Assembly: GCF_011058155.1 (NCBI RefSeq)
Contig: NZ_JAALFC010000016.1
Span: 36,011 to 60,010 of the forward strand
Origin: Litoribacterium kuwaitense
GTDB lineage: Bacteria > Bacillota > Bacilli > Bacillales > DSM-28697
Direction of reading: 5' to 3'
Length of the DNA: 24,000 nt
Notes under the pieces: model-generated
Database searches by the model: none
What the model was told of the DNA's origin: nothing
The model's input: the letters and a program-made list of their open reading frames with translations, nothing else
Made by a program: the position numbers and the translations under genes
Part shown: positions 15,026-22,355 of the stretch, in pieces
Layout: each line of letters begins with the position of its first letter
How positions within the stretch are numbered: the first letter of the stretch is position 1

Positions 15026-15865
15026 ATGATTATTAACCATAACCTACCAGCATTGAACACTCATCGCCAATTGTCTTTCAACAATACACAAACACAAAGC
15101 AACATGGAAAAGCTATCGTCTGGTCTGCGCATTAACCGTGCTGGCGACGACGCTGCAGGTCTAGCGATCTCTGAGAAAATGCGCGGGCAAATCCGTGGTC
15201 TTGAGCAAGCGACTCGTAACGCTCAAGATGGTATTTCTTTGATTCAAACAGCGGAAGGTGCTTTAAATGAAACGCACAGTATCCTGCAAAGAATGCGTGA
15301 GCTAGCGGTTCAATCTTCCAACGACACGAACACAGATGCTGACCGTGGCGAGCTGCAAAAAGAGTTAAACGAACTCGTTGATGAAATTGATCGTATTTCT
15401 GGCGATACAGAGTTTAACACGAAAAAATTGTTAAATGGTGATGCGGACAGTGCTAATGGTGGTACGGCGATCGTTTTCCACATTGGTGCGAACGCGACGC
15501 AAAACATTAGCTTAGATATTGCTTCTATGGATGCAGCAGGATTGGGAGTAGATGGTCTTAAAGGTGCTGGAATTAGTACACAGGTAGATGCAGATACAGC
15601 GATCACTACAATCAACAATGCCATTGAAACCGTATCAGCTGAACGTTCAAAGCTTGGTGCATACCAAAACCGTCTTGAGCACACGATCAACAACCTCGGT
15701 ACATCTGCTGAGAACTTGACTGCGGCGGAGTCTCGTATCCGTGACGTTGACATGGCGAAAGAAATGATGGAGTTCACGAAGAACAACATCCTTTCTCAAG
15801 CGTCTCAAGCGATGCTCGCACAAGCGAACCAACAGCCACAAGGCGTTCTTCAGTTGCTTCGTTAA
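15026..15865 (+). CDS. hag: Flagellin, paralog 3 (279 aa)
   Basis: Same conserved termini as paralogs 1 and 2. The central segment is related to paralog 1 at its edges but shorter (..NGDADSANGGTAIVFHIGANATQNISLDIASMDAAGLGVDGLKGAGISTQVDADT..). Confidence 0.93.
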   Translation: MIINHNLPALNTHRQLSFNNTQTQSNMEKLSSGLRINRAGDDAAGLAISEKMRGQIRGLEQATRNAQDGISLIQTAEGALNETHSILQRMRELAVQSSNDTNTDADRGELQKELNELVDEIDRISGDTEFNTKKLLNGDADSANGGTAIVFHIGANATQNISLDIASMDAAGLGVDGLKGAGISTQVDADTAITTINNAIETVSAERSKLGAYQNRLEHTINNLGTSAENLTAAESRIRDVDMAKEMMEFTKNNILSQASQAMLAQANQQPQGVLQLLR

Positions 15866-15885
15866 TTTGGTTCATTTTATCCCTG

Positions 15886-15915
15886 CGTAGAGGGCTTCGG
15901 CTCTCTGCGTTTTTT
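15886..15915 (+). terminator. Rho-independent terminator after the third flagellin gene
   Basis: CGTAGAGGGC-TTCG-GCTCTCTGCG: 10-bp stem with two G:U pairs and a TTCG loop, followed by six T. Confidence 0.8.
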
Positions 15916-15941
15916 GTGTTGGTGTCCTTTTTCTCCATAGC

Positions 15942-15968
15942 AAAAACCGCAATGTGTCGTTGCGGTTT
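15942..15968 (-). terminator. Rho-independent terminator of the DUF1648 gene
   Basis: AAACCGCAA / TTGCGGTTT stem with a 7-nt loop. On the minus strand it is followed by TTTTTG. It lies 20 nt beyond the stop at 15988. Confidence 0.65.
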
Positions 15969-15987
15969 CTTCTCGTTCCTTATTGAA

Positions 15988-16497
15988 TCATTGAATCTTC
16001 CGTTGTTTCACAAGCGCGATGGCAACCGGTATCATCGTTCCCCCTATAAAAAGCAGGAAAAACCATGGGCCTATGCCTTGCATAGACCAGCCGAGTGCGA
16101 TGGCGATCGATTCGTATTGCGTGATTGCAAAAAGAAATAAACAAATGTTTTTCACTTGATTGCACAGCTTACGACTCAGTCGATAAAAGGCTTCGGCGTT
16201 GTCTTCATTGAGTCGACTTGGGTAATTGTGGGTCTCAGGATATTTTTCAAAGATTTGCATCATTACCGCAAGCAGCAAGCTGATGGCAGGTAAGATCAAC
16301 AGCTCGTATTTTGCGCCCCAGCGATCAACCTCACCGGCAAAATTGTAGTGCGCGGGTACTTGATCGGGGAGATCGTTCCAGACGAAGATGAGTAAAGCGA
16401 TCGATGCGCTCCACACACCGTATCCGATGATATCCGATATCCGTTCACTTGTCGTTTTCGGAATATGAAGCTTTGGGCGTTTCCATGAACCGTTCAT
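15988..16497 (-). CDS. DUF1648 domain membrane protein (SdpI-N-terminal-like)
   Basis: AAAGGGTGA SD upstream. Motif DLPDQVPAHYNFAGEVDRWGAKYELLILP between TM1 and TM2. Four predicted TM helices. 169 aa. Confidence 0.75.
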   Translation of the reverse strand: MNGSWKRPKLHIPKTTSERISDIIGYGVWSASIALLIFVWNDLPDQVPAHYNFAGEVDRWGAKYELLILPAISLLLAVMMQIFEKYPETHNYPSRLNEDNAEAFYRLSRKLCNQVKNICLFLFAITQYESIAIALGWSMQGIGPWFFLLFIGGTMIPVAIALVKQRKIQ

Positions 16498-16609
16498 GTT
16501 GTCATCACCCTTTATGAAAATTATTCATTATCAAAAATATACAGTACTTCAATCACGCAGGCAATGCGCTTTTGCCGATTGGCTTTTTTTACAAAGACGG
16601 CAAATACGC

Positions 16610-16638
16610 TCGACAAGTACATTTGCCTTAGCTATAAT
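16610..16638 (+). promoter_or_regulatory. Near-consensus SigA promoter of the GntR-MFS-SDR unit
   Basis: TCGACA (16610-16615), 17-nt spacer, TATAAT (16633-16638). Confidence 0.6.
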
Positions 16639-16656
16639 CAAAGGTATAAACATCGG

Positions 16657-17352
16657 ATGTTTGGAGGGATTCCCTTGGAATGGCAGCGTACGAATCGGGT
16701 GTCGCTCGTCGAACAAGCGGCACTGCAAATGGAACAGCGGATCGAAAAAGGTGATTGGCAAGTAGGTGACAAAATTCCGTCTGAGCCGGAATTAGCGGAA
16801 GCGCTAGGCGTCAGCCGCAACACATTAAGAGAAGCCGTACGGGCACTCGTTCATGCCGGCTTGCTAGAAGCCAAACCGGGGGACGGTACATACGTCATGC
16901 AGGCGAGCGTGCTCGGTGCCGCGCTCGCCAAACGGTTTCAAACGTTGCCGAATGAGGAGATTTTGACGACCCGTCATATGATTGAAAGAGAAAGCGCGAG
17001 ACTCGCCGCGCTGCATCATACAGCAGAAGACCTCGCAAAGCTCTATCAATTGCTCGCGCAACGCGACCAAGCGGCGTCTTTTGACGCGTTTGTCGAAGCG
17101 GATTTAGCCTTTCATCAAGGTGTCGTTCGCGCCTCGCACCAAACGTTATTTATCGAGCTGTATGACTATATTGCCGAACATACATTAACGACAATCGCCT
17201 CTACAAGCCGCGCAGACAGAGAACCTGCGTCTACAAACGAACTCCACAAACAGCTTGTCCAAGCGATTGAAGCGAGTGACAGTGAGCGAACCGCGGCGAT
17301 CGTTGACGCATACATCAAGCATTTTCACGAACACACACACGACGAAAGGTGA
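16657..17352 (+). CDS. GntR family transcriptional regulator (FadR subfamily, FCD C-terminal domain)
   Basis: wHTH motif IPSEPELAEALGVSRNTLREAVRALVHAGLLEAKPGDGTYV followed by an all-helical C-terminal domain. The start is ATG 16657 or, better supported by SD spacing (GGAGGG plus 6 nt), TTG 16675. The ORF-track start at 16564 lies upstream of the promoter. Confidence 0.85.
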   Translation: MFGGIPLEWQRTNRVSLVEQAALQMEQRIEKGDWQVGDKIPSEPELAEALGVSRNTLREAVRALVHAGLLEAKPGDGTYVMQASVLGAALAKRFQTLPNEEILTTRHMIERESARLAALHHTAEDLAKLYQLLAQRDQAASFDAFVEADLAFHQGVVRASHQTLFIELYDYIAEHTLTTIASTSRADREPASTNELHKQLVQAIEASDSERTAAIVDAYIKHFHEHTHDER

Positions 17353-17359
17353 CCTAAGG

Positions 17360-18580
17360 ATGCAGCCAAATACGCTTGAACACATTGAAAAGAAACGAAT
17401 CCAGACGTCGACCGTATGGTTACTTATGATCGGGATGATCGTCATGTCAGCAAACTTACGCGCACCGATCACGTCGGTCGGACCGGTGCTCGGCATCATT
17501 CAAGAGAAGCTGTCACTTCCAGCGAGTCTTGCCGGCTTCATCACCTCGATCCCGTTAATGGCATTTGCCATCTGTTCTCCTTTTGCGCCTAAATGGTCAA
17601 AACGGTTCGGTATGGAGCGTGTCTTAATCGTTGCCTTAGCTGCGATCGTCACTGGCTTACTGTTACGGCTCGTTGGTGGGCTGTCGTTTTTATTTCTCGG
17701 CACAGCGCTCGTCGGCGTTGGGATCGCTTGCGGCAATGTGTTGCTGCCGGCATTAATGAAACGTGATTTTGCGACGAGGATCGGGATCATGACCGGGCTT
17801 TACGCCGTCGTCATGAACGTTTTTGGCGCGCTCGGCTCCGGCATATCCGTCCCGCTCGCACAAGCGACCAGCTGGCAAGGTGCGCTCGGCTTTTGGGCGA
17901 TTCCAGCGCTCATTGCTTTTATCATTTGGCTGCCCCAATGGCGGCGCGCTTCCAGGCAGCAAGTCAAACCCGTCAAACAAACTTTTCGGCAGTCGACGGC
18001 GCTACTCAGGTCACCGCTCGCGTGGCAAGTGACCTTTTTCATGGGCATGCAATCGTTCTTATTTTACGTACTCATCACATGGCTTCCGGATTTGCTCATC
18101 GATAAAGGATTGACCGCCGCACAAGCCGGCGTGCTCTTGTCATTACAGCAAATCGTGCTCATCCCATTTACGTTTGCCATTCCGATCATTGCGTCTCGTT
18201 TCCAAAAGCAAAGTGTGCTCTTATCTGGCAGTGCCTTACTGTTTCTCTTTGGGATTGCTCTCTTATGGTGGGGGCAAGGGATGGCCGTGCTCGTCGTCGC
18301 CATCGCCTGTCTCGGCATTGCTGGCGGCTGTGCGTTCAGCTTGTCCATGATGCTGTTTAGCTTACGAACGAAAGATGCAGAAGAAGCCTCGGAACTGTCT
18401 GGAATGGCGCAATCGGTCGGGTATTTGTTGGCAGCTGCCGGCCCAGCGCTGGCAGGTGCGTTATATCAAGCTTCTGGAAACTGGAATGGTCCGTTGCTGT
18501 TACTCATGCTTGTAGCGCTTATTTTATGTGTTGCAGGATGGCTGGCGGGAAGGAATCGATTTGTGCAAATGTCATCATGA
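17360..18580 (+). CDS. MFS transporter, cyanate-permease (CynX/YeaN)-like subfamily
   Basis: ATG at 17360, 8 nt after the GntR stop, with an AAGG SD. The ORF-track start at 17255 would overlap GntR by about 100 nt. Twelve TM helices. The N-terminal ANLRAPITSVGPVL motif is typical of CynX-like MFS proteins. Confidence 0.8.
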   Translation: MQPNTLEHIEKKRIQTSTVWLLMIGMIVMSANLRAPITSVGPVLGIIQEKLSLPASLAGFITSIPLMAFAICSPFAPKWSKRFGMERVLIVALAAIVTGLLLRLVGGLSFLFLGTALVGVGIACGNVLLPALMKRDFATRIGIMTGLYAVVMNVFGALGSGISVPLAQATSWQGALGFWAIPALIAFIIWLPQWRRASRQQVKPVKQTFRQSTALLRSPLAWQVTFFMGMQSFLFYVLITWLPDLLIDKGLTAAQAGVLLSLQQIVLIPFTFAIPIIASRFQKQSVLLSGSALLFLFGIALLWWGQGMAVLVVAIACLGIAGGCAFSLSMMLFSLRTKDAEEASELSGMAQSVGYLLAAAGPALAGALYQASGNWNGPLLLLMLVALILCVAGWLAGRNRFVQMSS

Positions 18581-18595
18581 ACTGTTTTAAAAATA

Positions 18596-18639
18596 CCCTC
18601 CATGTGGAAATAGAACGGTAATCACAAACAAATGGAGGG
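18596..18639 (+). promoter_or_regulatory. Anti-SD / SD hairpin in front of the SDR gene
   Basis: CCCTCCAT (18596-18603) is the perfect complement of ATGGAGGG (18632-18639). The latter contains the GGAGGG SD, 7 nt before the ATG at 18646. The loop is 28 nt. The left arm starts 16 nt after the MFS stop. Confidence 0.4.
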
Positions 18640-18645
18640 AGAACA

Positions 18646-19401
18646 ATGAAGCTGCAAAACAAAGTCGCGCTCATCACGGGTGCCGGATCAGGAATGGGAC
18701 AAGCGCAAGCCTTGCTTTTTGCAAAAGAAGGCGCGAAGGTCGTCGCTGTCGACGTCAATTTACAAAGCGTTGAAGAAACAGTTCGTCAAATAGAGGCGGA
18801 TGGTGGAGAAGCGCTTGCTCTCAAGGGAGACATTTCGAAAAAGGAAAGTGTGCAGGCGCTCGTCAAGCTTGCCCTCAAAGAGTATGACCGAATTGACATC
18901 TTAAGCAATACGGCTGGCGTGCTTGACGATTATGCACCAACACTTGAAACAGACGAAGCATTATGGGATAAAATCATCGGAATTAACTTAAAAGGCGCTT
19001 ATCTGATGACAAACGAAGTGTTGCCACAAATGCTTGATCGCGGCAAGGGAACCATTATGAATGTCGCCTCCATTGCCGCCATGGTCGCCGGAGGCGGTGG
19101 CGCGGCCTATACCGCTTCTAAACATGGACTCGTCGGGTATACGAAACAGCTATCCTTTGATTACGGGAAAAAGGGCATTAAAGCGAACGCGATTTGTCCC
19201 GGTGCCGTCTCGACCGGTATGACGGAAGAGATTTTACGAGACGAAGATGCACCCGTCATGGAATCTATTAAAGGCGTTCCAGCCGGACGTTACGCCCAGC
19301 CGGAAGAAATTGCGAACTTGGCCTTATTTCTAGCGAGTGATGAATCGGACTTTATTCACGGGGCGGTCATGCCGATTGACGGCGGGTGGACCGTCCAATA
19401 A
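18646..19401 (+). CDS. SDR family NAD(P)-dependent oxidoreductase (FabG / glucose 1-dehydrogenase-like)
   Basis: TGAGSGMGQA cofactor motif, NTAG, and catalytic S..YTASKHG. 251 aa. Confidence 0.9.
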   Translation: MKLQNKVALITGAGSGMGQAQALLFAKEGAKVVAVDVNLQSVEETVRQIEADGGEALALKGDISKKESVQALVKLALKEYDRIDILSNTAGVLDDYAPTLETDEALWDKIIGINLKGAYLMTNEVLPQMLDRGKGTIMNVASIAAMVAGGGGAAYTASKHGLVGYTKQLSFDYGKKGIKANAICPGAVSTGMTEEILRDEDAPVMESIKGVPAGRYAQPEEIANLALFLASDESDFIHGAVMPIDGGWTVQ

Positions 19402-19545
19402 AAAAGCACCATACTTAAAAATAAAGCCTCTGAGATAAGAATATCTTGGAGTCTTTCGTCTGGAGTCTACCTCTCAAAAACTTGAGGTGGCTTGCCTTCG
19501 CGAGCGTTTTTGAAACAAGCTAAGAAGCTGCGATCGGGCGCAAAA

Positions 19546-19586
19546 AAAGTGCAGACAAAATCAAAAGCTGGTTTTGTCTACACTTT
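19546..19586. terminator. Long hairpin between the convergent SDR and cyd units; probable bidirectional terminator
   Basis: AAAGTGCAGACAAAA / TTTTGTCTACACTTT: 15-bp stem with one mismatch and an 11-nt loop. The arm ends are A/T-rich and an A7 run precedes the hairpin. Confidence 0.55.
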
Positions 19587-19659
19587 GAAGCCTTTAAGTT
19601 CAATTAATTGTACGGTACGTGGTTCTTTGAAACGATCTTACCGTTTACGCATACATAGG

Positions 19660-19842
19660 TCATTTAGCATTCTTGTCGTTTGGTGACACTTGCTCAGGTT
19701 CTGTCTGATGCATGGACGTATCTAAGTTTTCCAACGGCATGTTTCCATAAGGCTCACTGCTGCGGGCAGCCCATGTAAACAGCCAAATTAACGATAGGAC
19801 GACGACGAGCAACGGTGCGATAAAAATGAAGAAATAGTTCAT
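19660..19842 (-). CDS. Small single-TM membrane protein encoded immediately downstream of cydB (60 aa)
   Basis: AAGGAGGGTGA SD 4 nt before the ATG, and only 14 nt after the cydB stop. One N-terminal TM helix (FFIFIAPLLVVVLSLIWLFTWAA) followed by an acidic, polar tail. Confidence 0.6.
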   Translation of the reverse strand: MNYFFIFIAPLLVVVLSLIWLFTWAARSSEPYGNMPLENLDTSMHQTEPEQVSPNDKNAK

Positions 19843-19856
19843 GCAGTCACCCTCCT

Positions 19857-20870
19857 TTATTTTTTGCCTTGGACATAGTCTTTATCAAACAAGAAGAGTC
19901 GCAGTAATAGATATACAGATGGTAAGAGGACAAGTAAGCCGGCAATAAATGCCCACACGAGCGCCTGTGCCATCACACTATTGACGACTGCATCCGATAC
20001 GGTTAAATACGGATAGAGTAAGTACGGCATGTGTGAAGCACCGTACCCATAAAAAGCAAAACCGAATTGAAAAATCACGAGAACAAAAGACCAGTCCATA
20101 TACTTCTTTTTCCAAATGAGATAGACTGCCCCGATAAAGCAAAGCAGTGACAAAATAAACATCCAGGAAAGGTCTAACGTGTTGGCAAAGTGTTCAAGGT
20201 TATGCACTTTGAGTGCCCAGAATACGAGAAAACTTGCTAAAATCGTAGGTCCGCTCCAAAACAATGCGTATTTTCGTAAGAGCGTAAAAGCATTGTCATC
20301 ATTGGCCTTGGCAGCATACACCGTTAGAAAACAGGCTGATATAAACAGTACGCTGACGATCGCTAAAAAGACGACAGCCCAAGAATAAGTGCTGGTAAAC
20401 AATGCGCCGTAGTCCAGCCAGACGTCTCCATTGTCCGCTTGAATAAATCCGCCTTCAGACAGTGTCAGTACGACTGAGAGCGAAGCAGGAATCAGCAGGC
20501 CTGTCGCTCCATATAAAAACTGATACCAAAGGCTACCTTTATCGCCGTAATGGTGAAAGGCGTAATACGATCCACGTATAGCTAAGAGTATAATTGAAAT
20601 ACTTCCTGGAATCAGTAACGCCGTCCCATAGTAATACGCAGTTGTCGGGAAAAATCCGACGATGCCGACAAAGAAGAAAACGAGAAAGACATTCGTGACT
20701 TCCCAAACGGGCGAAAGATAACGCTGAATAATAGAGTTAATGTGATCTTTACGTCCAGTTGCGGCCGAATAAAAATTGAAAAAGCCAGCTCCGAAATCGA
20801 TCGAAGCGACGATAACATAGCCAAACAAAAAGGTCCATAGTACGATAATGCCGATTAATTCATAGTCCAC
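19857..20870 (-). CDS. cydB: Cytochrome bd-type quinol oxidase subunit II
   Basis: GTG start, with a TAGGAGGGTG SD overlapping the cydA stop. Polytopic, 337 aa, CydB-like (VASIDFGAGFF.., SPVWEVTNVFLVFF). Confidence 0.9.
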   Translation of the reverse strand: MDYELIGIIVLWTFLFGYVIVASIDFGAGFFNFYSAATGRKDHINSIIQRYLSPVWEVTNVFLVFFFVGIVGFFPTTAYYYGTALLIPGSISIILLAIRGSYYAFHHYGDKGSLWYQFLYGATGLLIPASLSVVLTLSEGGFIQADNGDVWLDYGALFTSTYSWAVVFLAIVSVLFISACFLTVYAAKANDDNAFTLLRKYALFWSGPTILASFLVFWALKVHNLEHFANTLDLSWMFILSLLCFIGAVYLIWKKKYMDWSFVLVIFQFGFAFYGYGASHMPYLLYPYLTVSDAVVNSVMAQALVWAFIAGLLVLLPSVYLLLRLFLFDKDYVQGKK

Positions 20871-20882
20871 AAGTGCACCCTC

Positions 20883-22211
20883 CTAGAGGAGACCTCGGTC
20901 TGCCAATTCTTTTTCGACCGGATTTTTTTTGAACATACGTGTTAACACGAGCGTTGAAGAGATCGCAAGAACGACATAGAGCCCAGCAAACAAATAAAGC
21001 ATCGTATCAACGTGTCCAGAAGTTGTTGCCCCTTCGGACGTCAGCATGTAGTCTACTAAAATCCACGGTTGCCTTCCAAATTCCGCAAACATCCAGCCGA
21101 CTTCAATGGCAATAAATGCTAAAGGCGCGCCTAAGAAAATGCTGCGAAGAAGCCATTTATTGTGTTCATTGCCTTTGCGCCAGCGCCGGAGAACGACATA
21201 AGCAATAGATACCAAAGCTAAGAACATCCCGATAAAGACCATCGAATCAAATAAATAATGGACAAAAAGCGGCGGATGTAACTCTTCTGGGAACTCTTCC
21301 AAACCGATAACCTCGGCGCCAGGTGTTCCTTCGGCAAGAATACTTAACGCGTAAGGAATTTCTAGCGCATAATGAACGTTATTATTTTCATCGAGATATC
21401 CCCCGAGAATTAACGGCGCTTCCTCCATCGTTTCAAAATGCCATTCCGCAGCAGCAAGCTTTTCTGGTTGATACTCAGCTAAAAATTTCCCGGAAAAGTC
21501 ACCGATAAGTGCGGTGGCGATCGCGAATACAGCAGCAGCAGTCATTGTGAGCCGCAATGCTTTTTTATGGTATGCATTGTTACGACCTCGCAACAAATGA
21601 AACGCTGCAATCGCCCCTAGTAAGAAGGCAGCGGTGAGATAGGCAGAAGAAAGGACGTGAGCTGTCTTCGTAAATGTGCCTGGGTTAAACATGGCAGCGA
21701 TCGGATCGACATTCGTAATTACACCATCTTCCATTTCAAACCCTTGCGGTGTATTCATAAATGAGTTCACGGTCGTAATGAAAAACGCTGAGGCAGATGC
21801 CCCGATCGCAACCGGAATAAGTAACAGCATGTGCACGATTTTGTTTTTGAAGCGATCCCACGTATACAAGTAAATGCCGAGGAAAATCGCCTCAATGAAA
21901 AACGCGAATGTCTCCATAAATAAAGGCAATCCGATCGCATGACCTGCAACGCGCATAAAGTTAGGCCAAAGTAAACTTAATTGGAGTCCAATGGCGGTAC
22001 CGGTCACGACACCGACAGTTACAGTAATAACAAAGCCTCGTGCCCAACGCCGGGCTAAAAGATGATAGTGCGCATCATTTTTCTTGATTCCCATCCATTC
22101 AGCTAAAGCGATCATAATCGGCACACCGACCCCGATGGTCGCAAAAATAATGTGAAACGAAAGCGTTAATCCAGTGAGAAAACGACTATAAAATACCGGA
22201 TCGTAAGACAA
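20883..22211 (-). CDS. cydA: Cytochrome bd-type quinol oxidase subunit I (short Q-loop, YthA-like size)
   Basis: TTG start after GAAGGAGGGGAAGG. CydA motifs (LSFHIIFATIGVG, GLPLFMETFAFFIEAIFLGIY, GWMFAEFGRQPW). 442 aa. Confidence 0.92.
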   Translation of the reverse strand: MSYDPVFYSRFLTGLTLSFHIIFATIGVGVPIMIALAEWMGIKKNDAHYHLLARRWARGFVITVTVGVVTGTAIGLQLSLLWPNFMRVAGHAIGLPLFMETFAFFIEAIFLGIYLYTWDRFKNKIVHMLLLIPVAIGASASAFFITTVNSFMNTPQGFEMEDGVITNVDPIAAMFNPGTFTKTAHVLSSAYLTAAFLLGAIAAFHLLRGRNNAYHKKALRLTMTAAAVFAIATALIGDFSGKFLAEYQPEKLAAAEWHFETMEEAPLILGGYLDENNNVHYALEIPYALSILAEGTPGAEVIGLEEFPEELHPPLFVHYLFDSMVFIGMFLALVSIAYVVLRRWRKGNEHNKWLLRSIFLGAPLAFIAIEVGWMFAEFGRQPWILVDYMLTSEGATTSGHVDTMLYLFAGLYVVLAISSTLVLTRMFKKNPVEKELADRGLL

Positions 22212-22256
22212 AACCTTCCCCTCCTTCTATGCTGCAAACATAAACTGAACAAAAAA

Positions 22257-22355
22257 TTACACCATCATCCGGATAATAAATGAGATAAGCATAATCGCTG
22301 CCACAATAAAGCAGGAGGTTATTAAAATGCGTTCCTGCTTTTGATATCGTTTCAC
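22257..22355 (-). CDS. Candidate 32-aa single-TM peptide upstream of cydA (below the ORF-track length cut-off)
   Basis: GTG start 6 nt after GAAGGAGGA. Translation: MKRYQKQERILITSCFIVAAIMLISFIIRMMV*. A basic N-terminus is followed by one hydrophobic helix. It ends 45 nt before the cydA start, on the same strand. Confidence 0.4.
   Translation of the reverse strand: MKRYQKQERILITSCFIVAAIMLISFIIRMMV

Noticed and set aside
13444-15841. Antisense ORFs inside the flagellin genes: 13444-13652, 14139-14458, 14556-14943 and 15310-15841 (up to 159 aa)
   Set aside because: They are mirror images of strongly conserved, codon-biased flagellin coding sequence. They recur in each paralog for that reason, lack SD sequences, and give low-complexity, unfamiliar translations.
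15916-16165. 74-aa (+) and 61-aa (-) ORFs at the 3' end of the DUF1648 gene
   Set aside because: They overlap the terminators and the well-supported DUF1648 coding frame, and they have no SD.
16564-16656. 5' extensions of ORF-track models: GntR from 16564, MFS from 17255, TetR to 12992, flagellin 1 from 13150, SMR to 12044
   Set aside because: In each case the extension lacks an SD, overlaps a promoter or the preceding gene, and a downstream start with a good SD matches the family's usual N-terminus.
19492-19686. 64-aa (+) ORF in the SDR / cyd intergenic region
   Set aside because: It has no SD, runs through the long terminator hairpin and overlaps the 3' end of the convergent small membrane protein gene. 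Its basic, low-complexity translation is typical of non-coding sequence.
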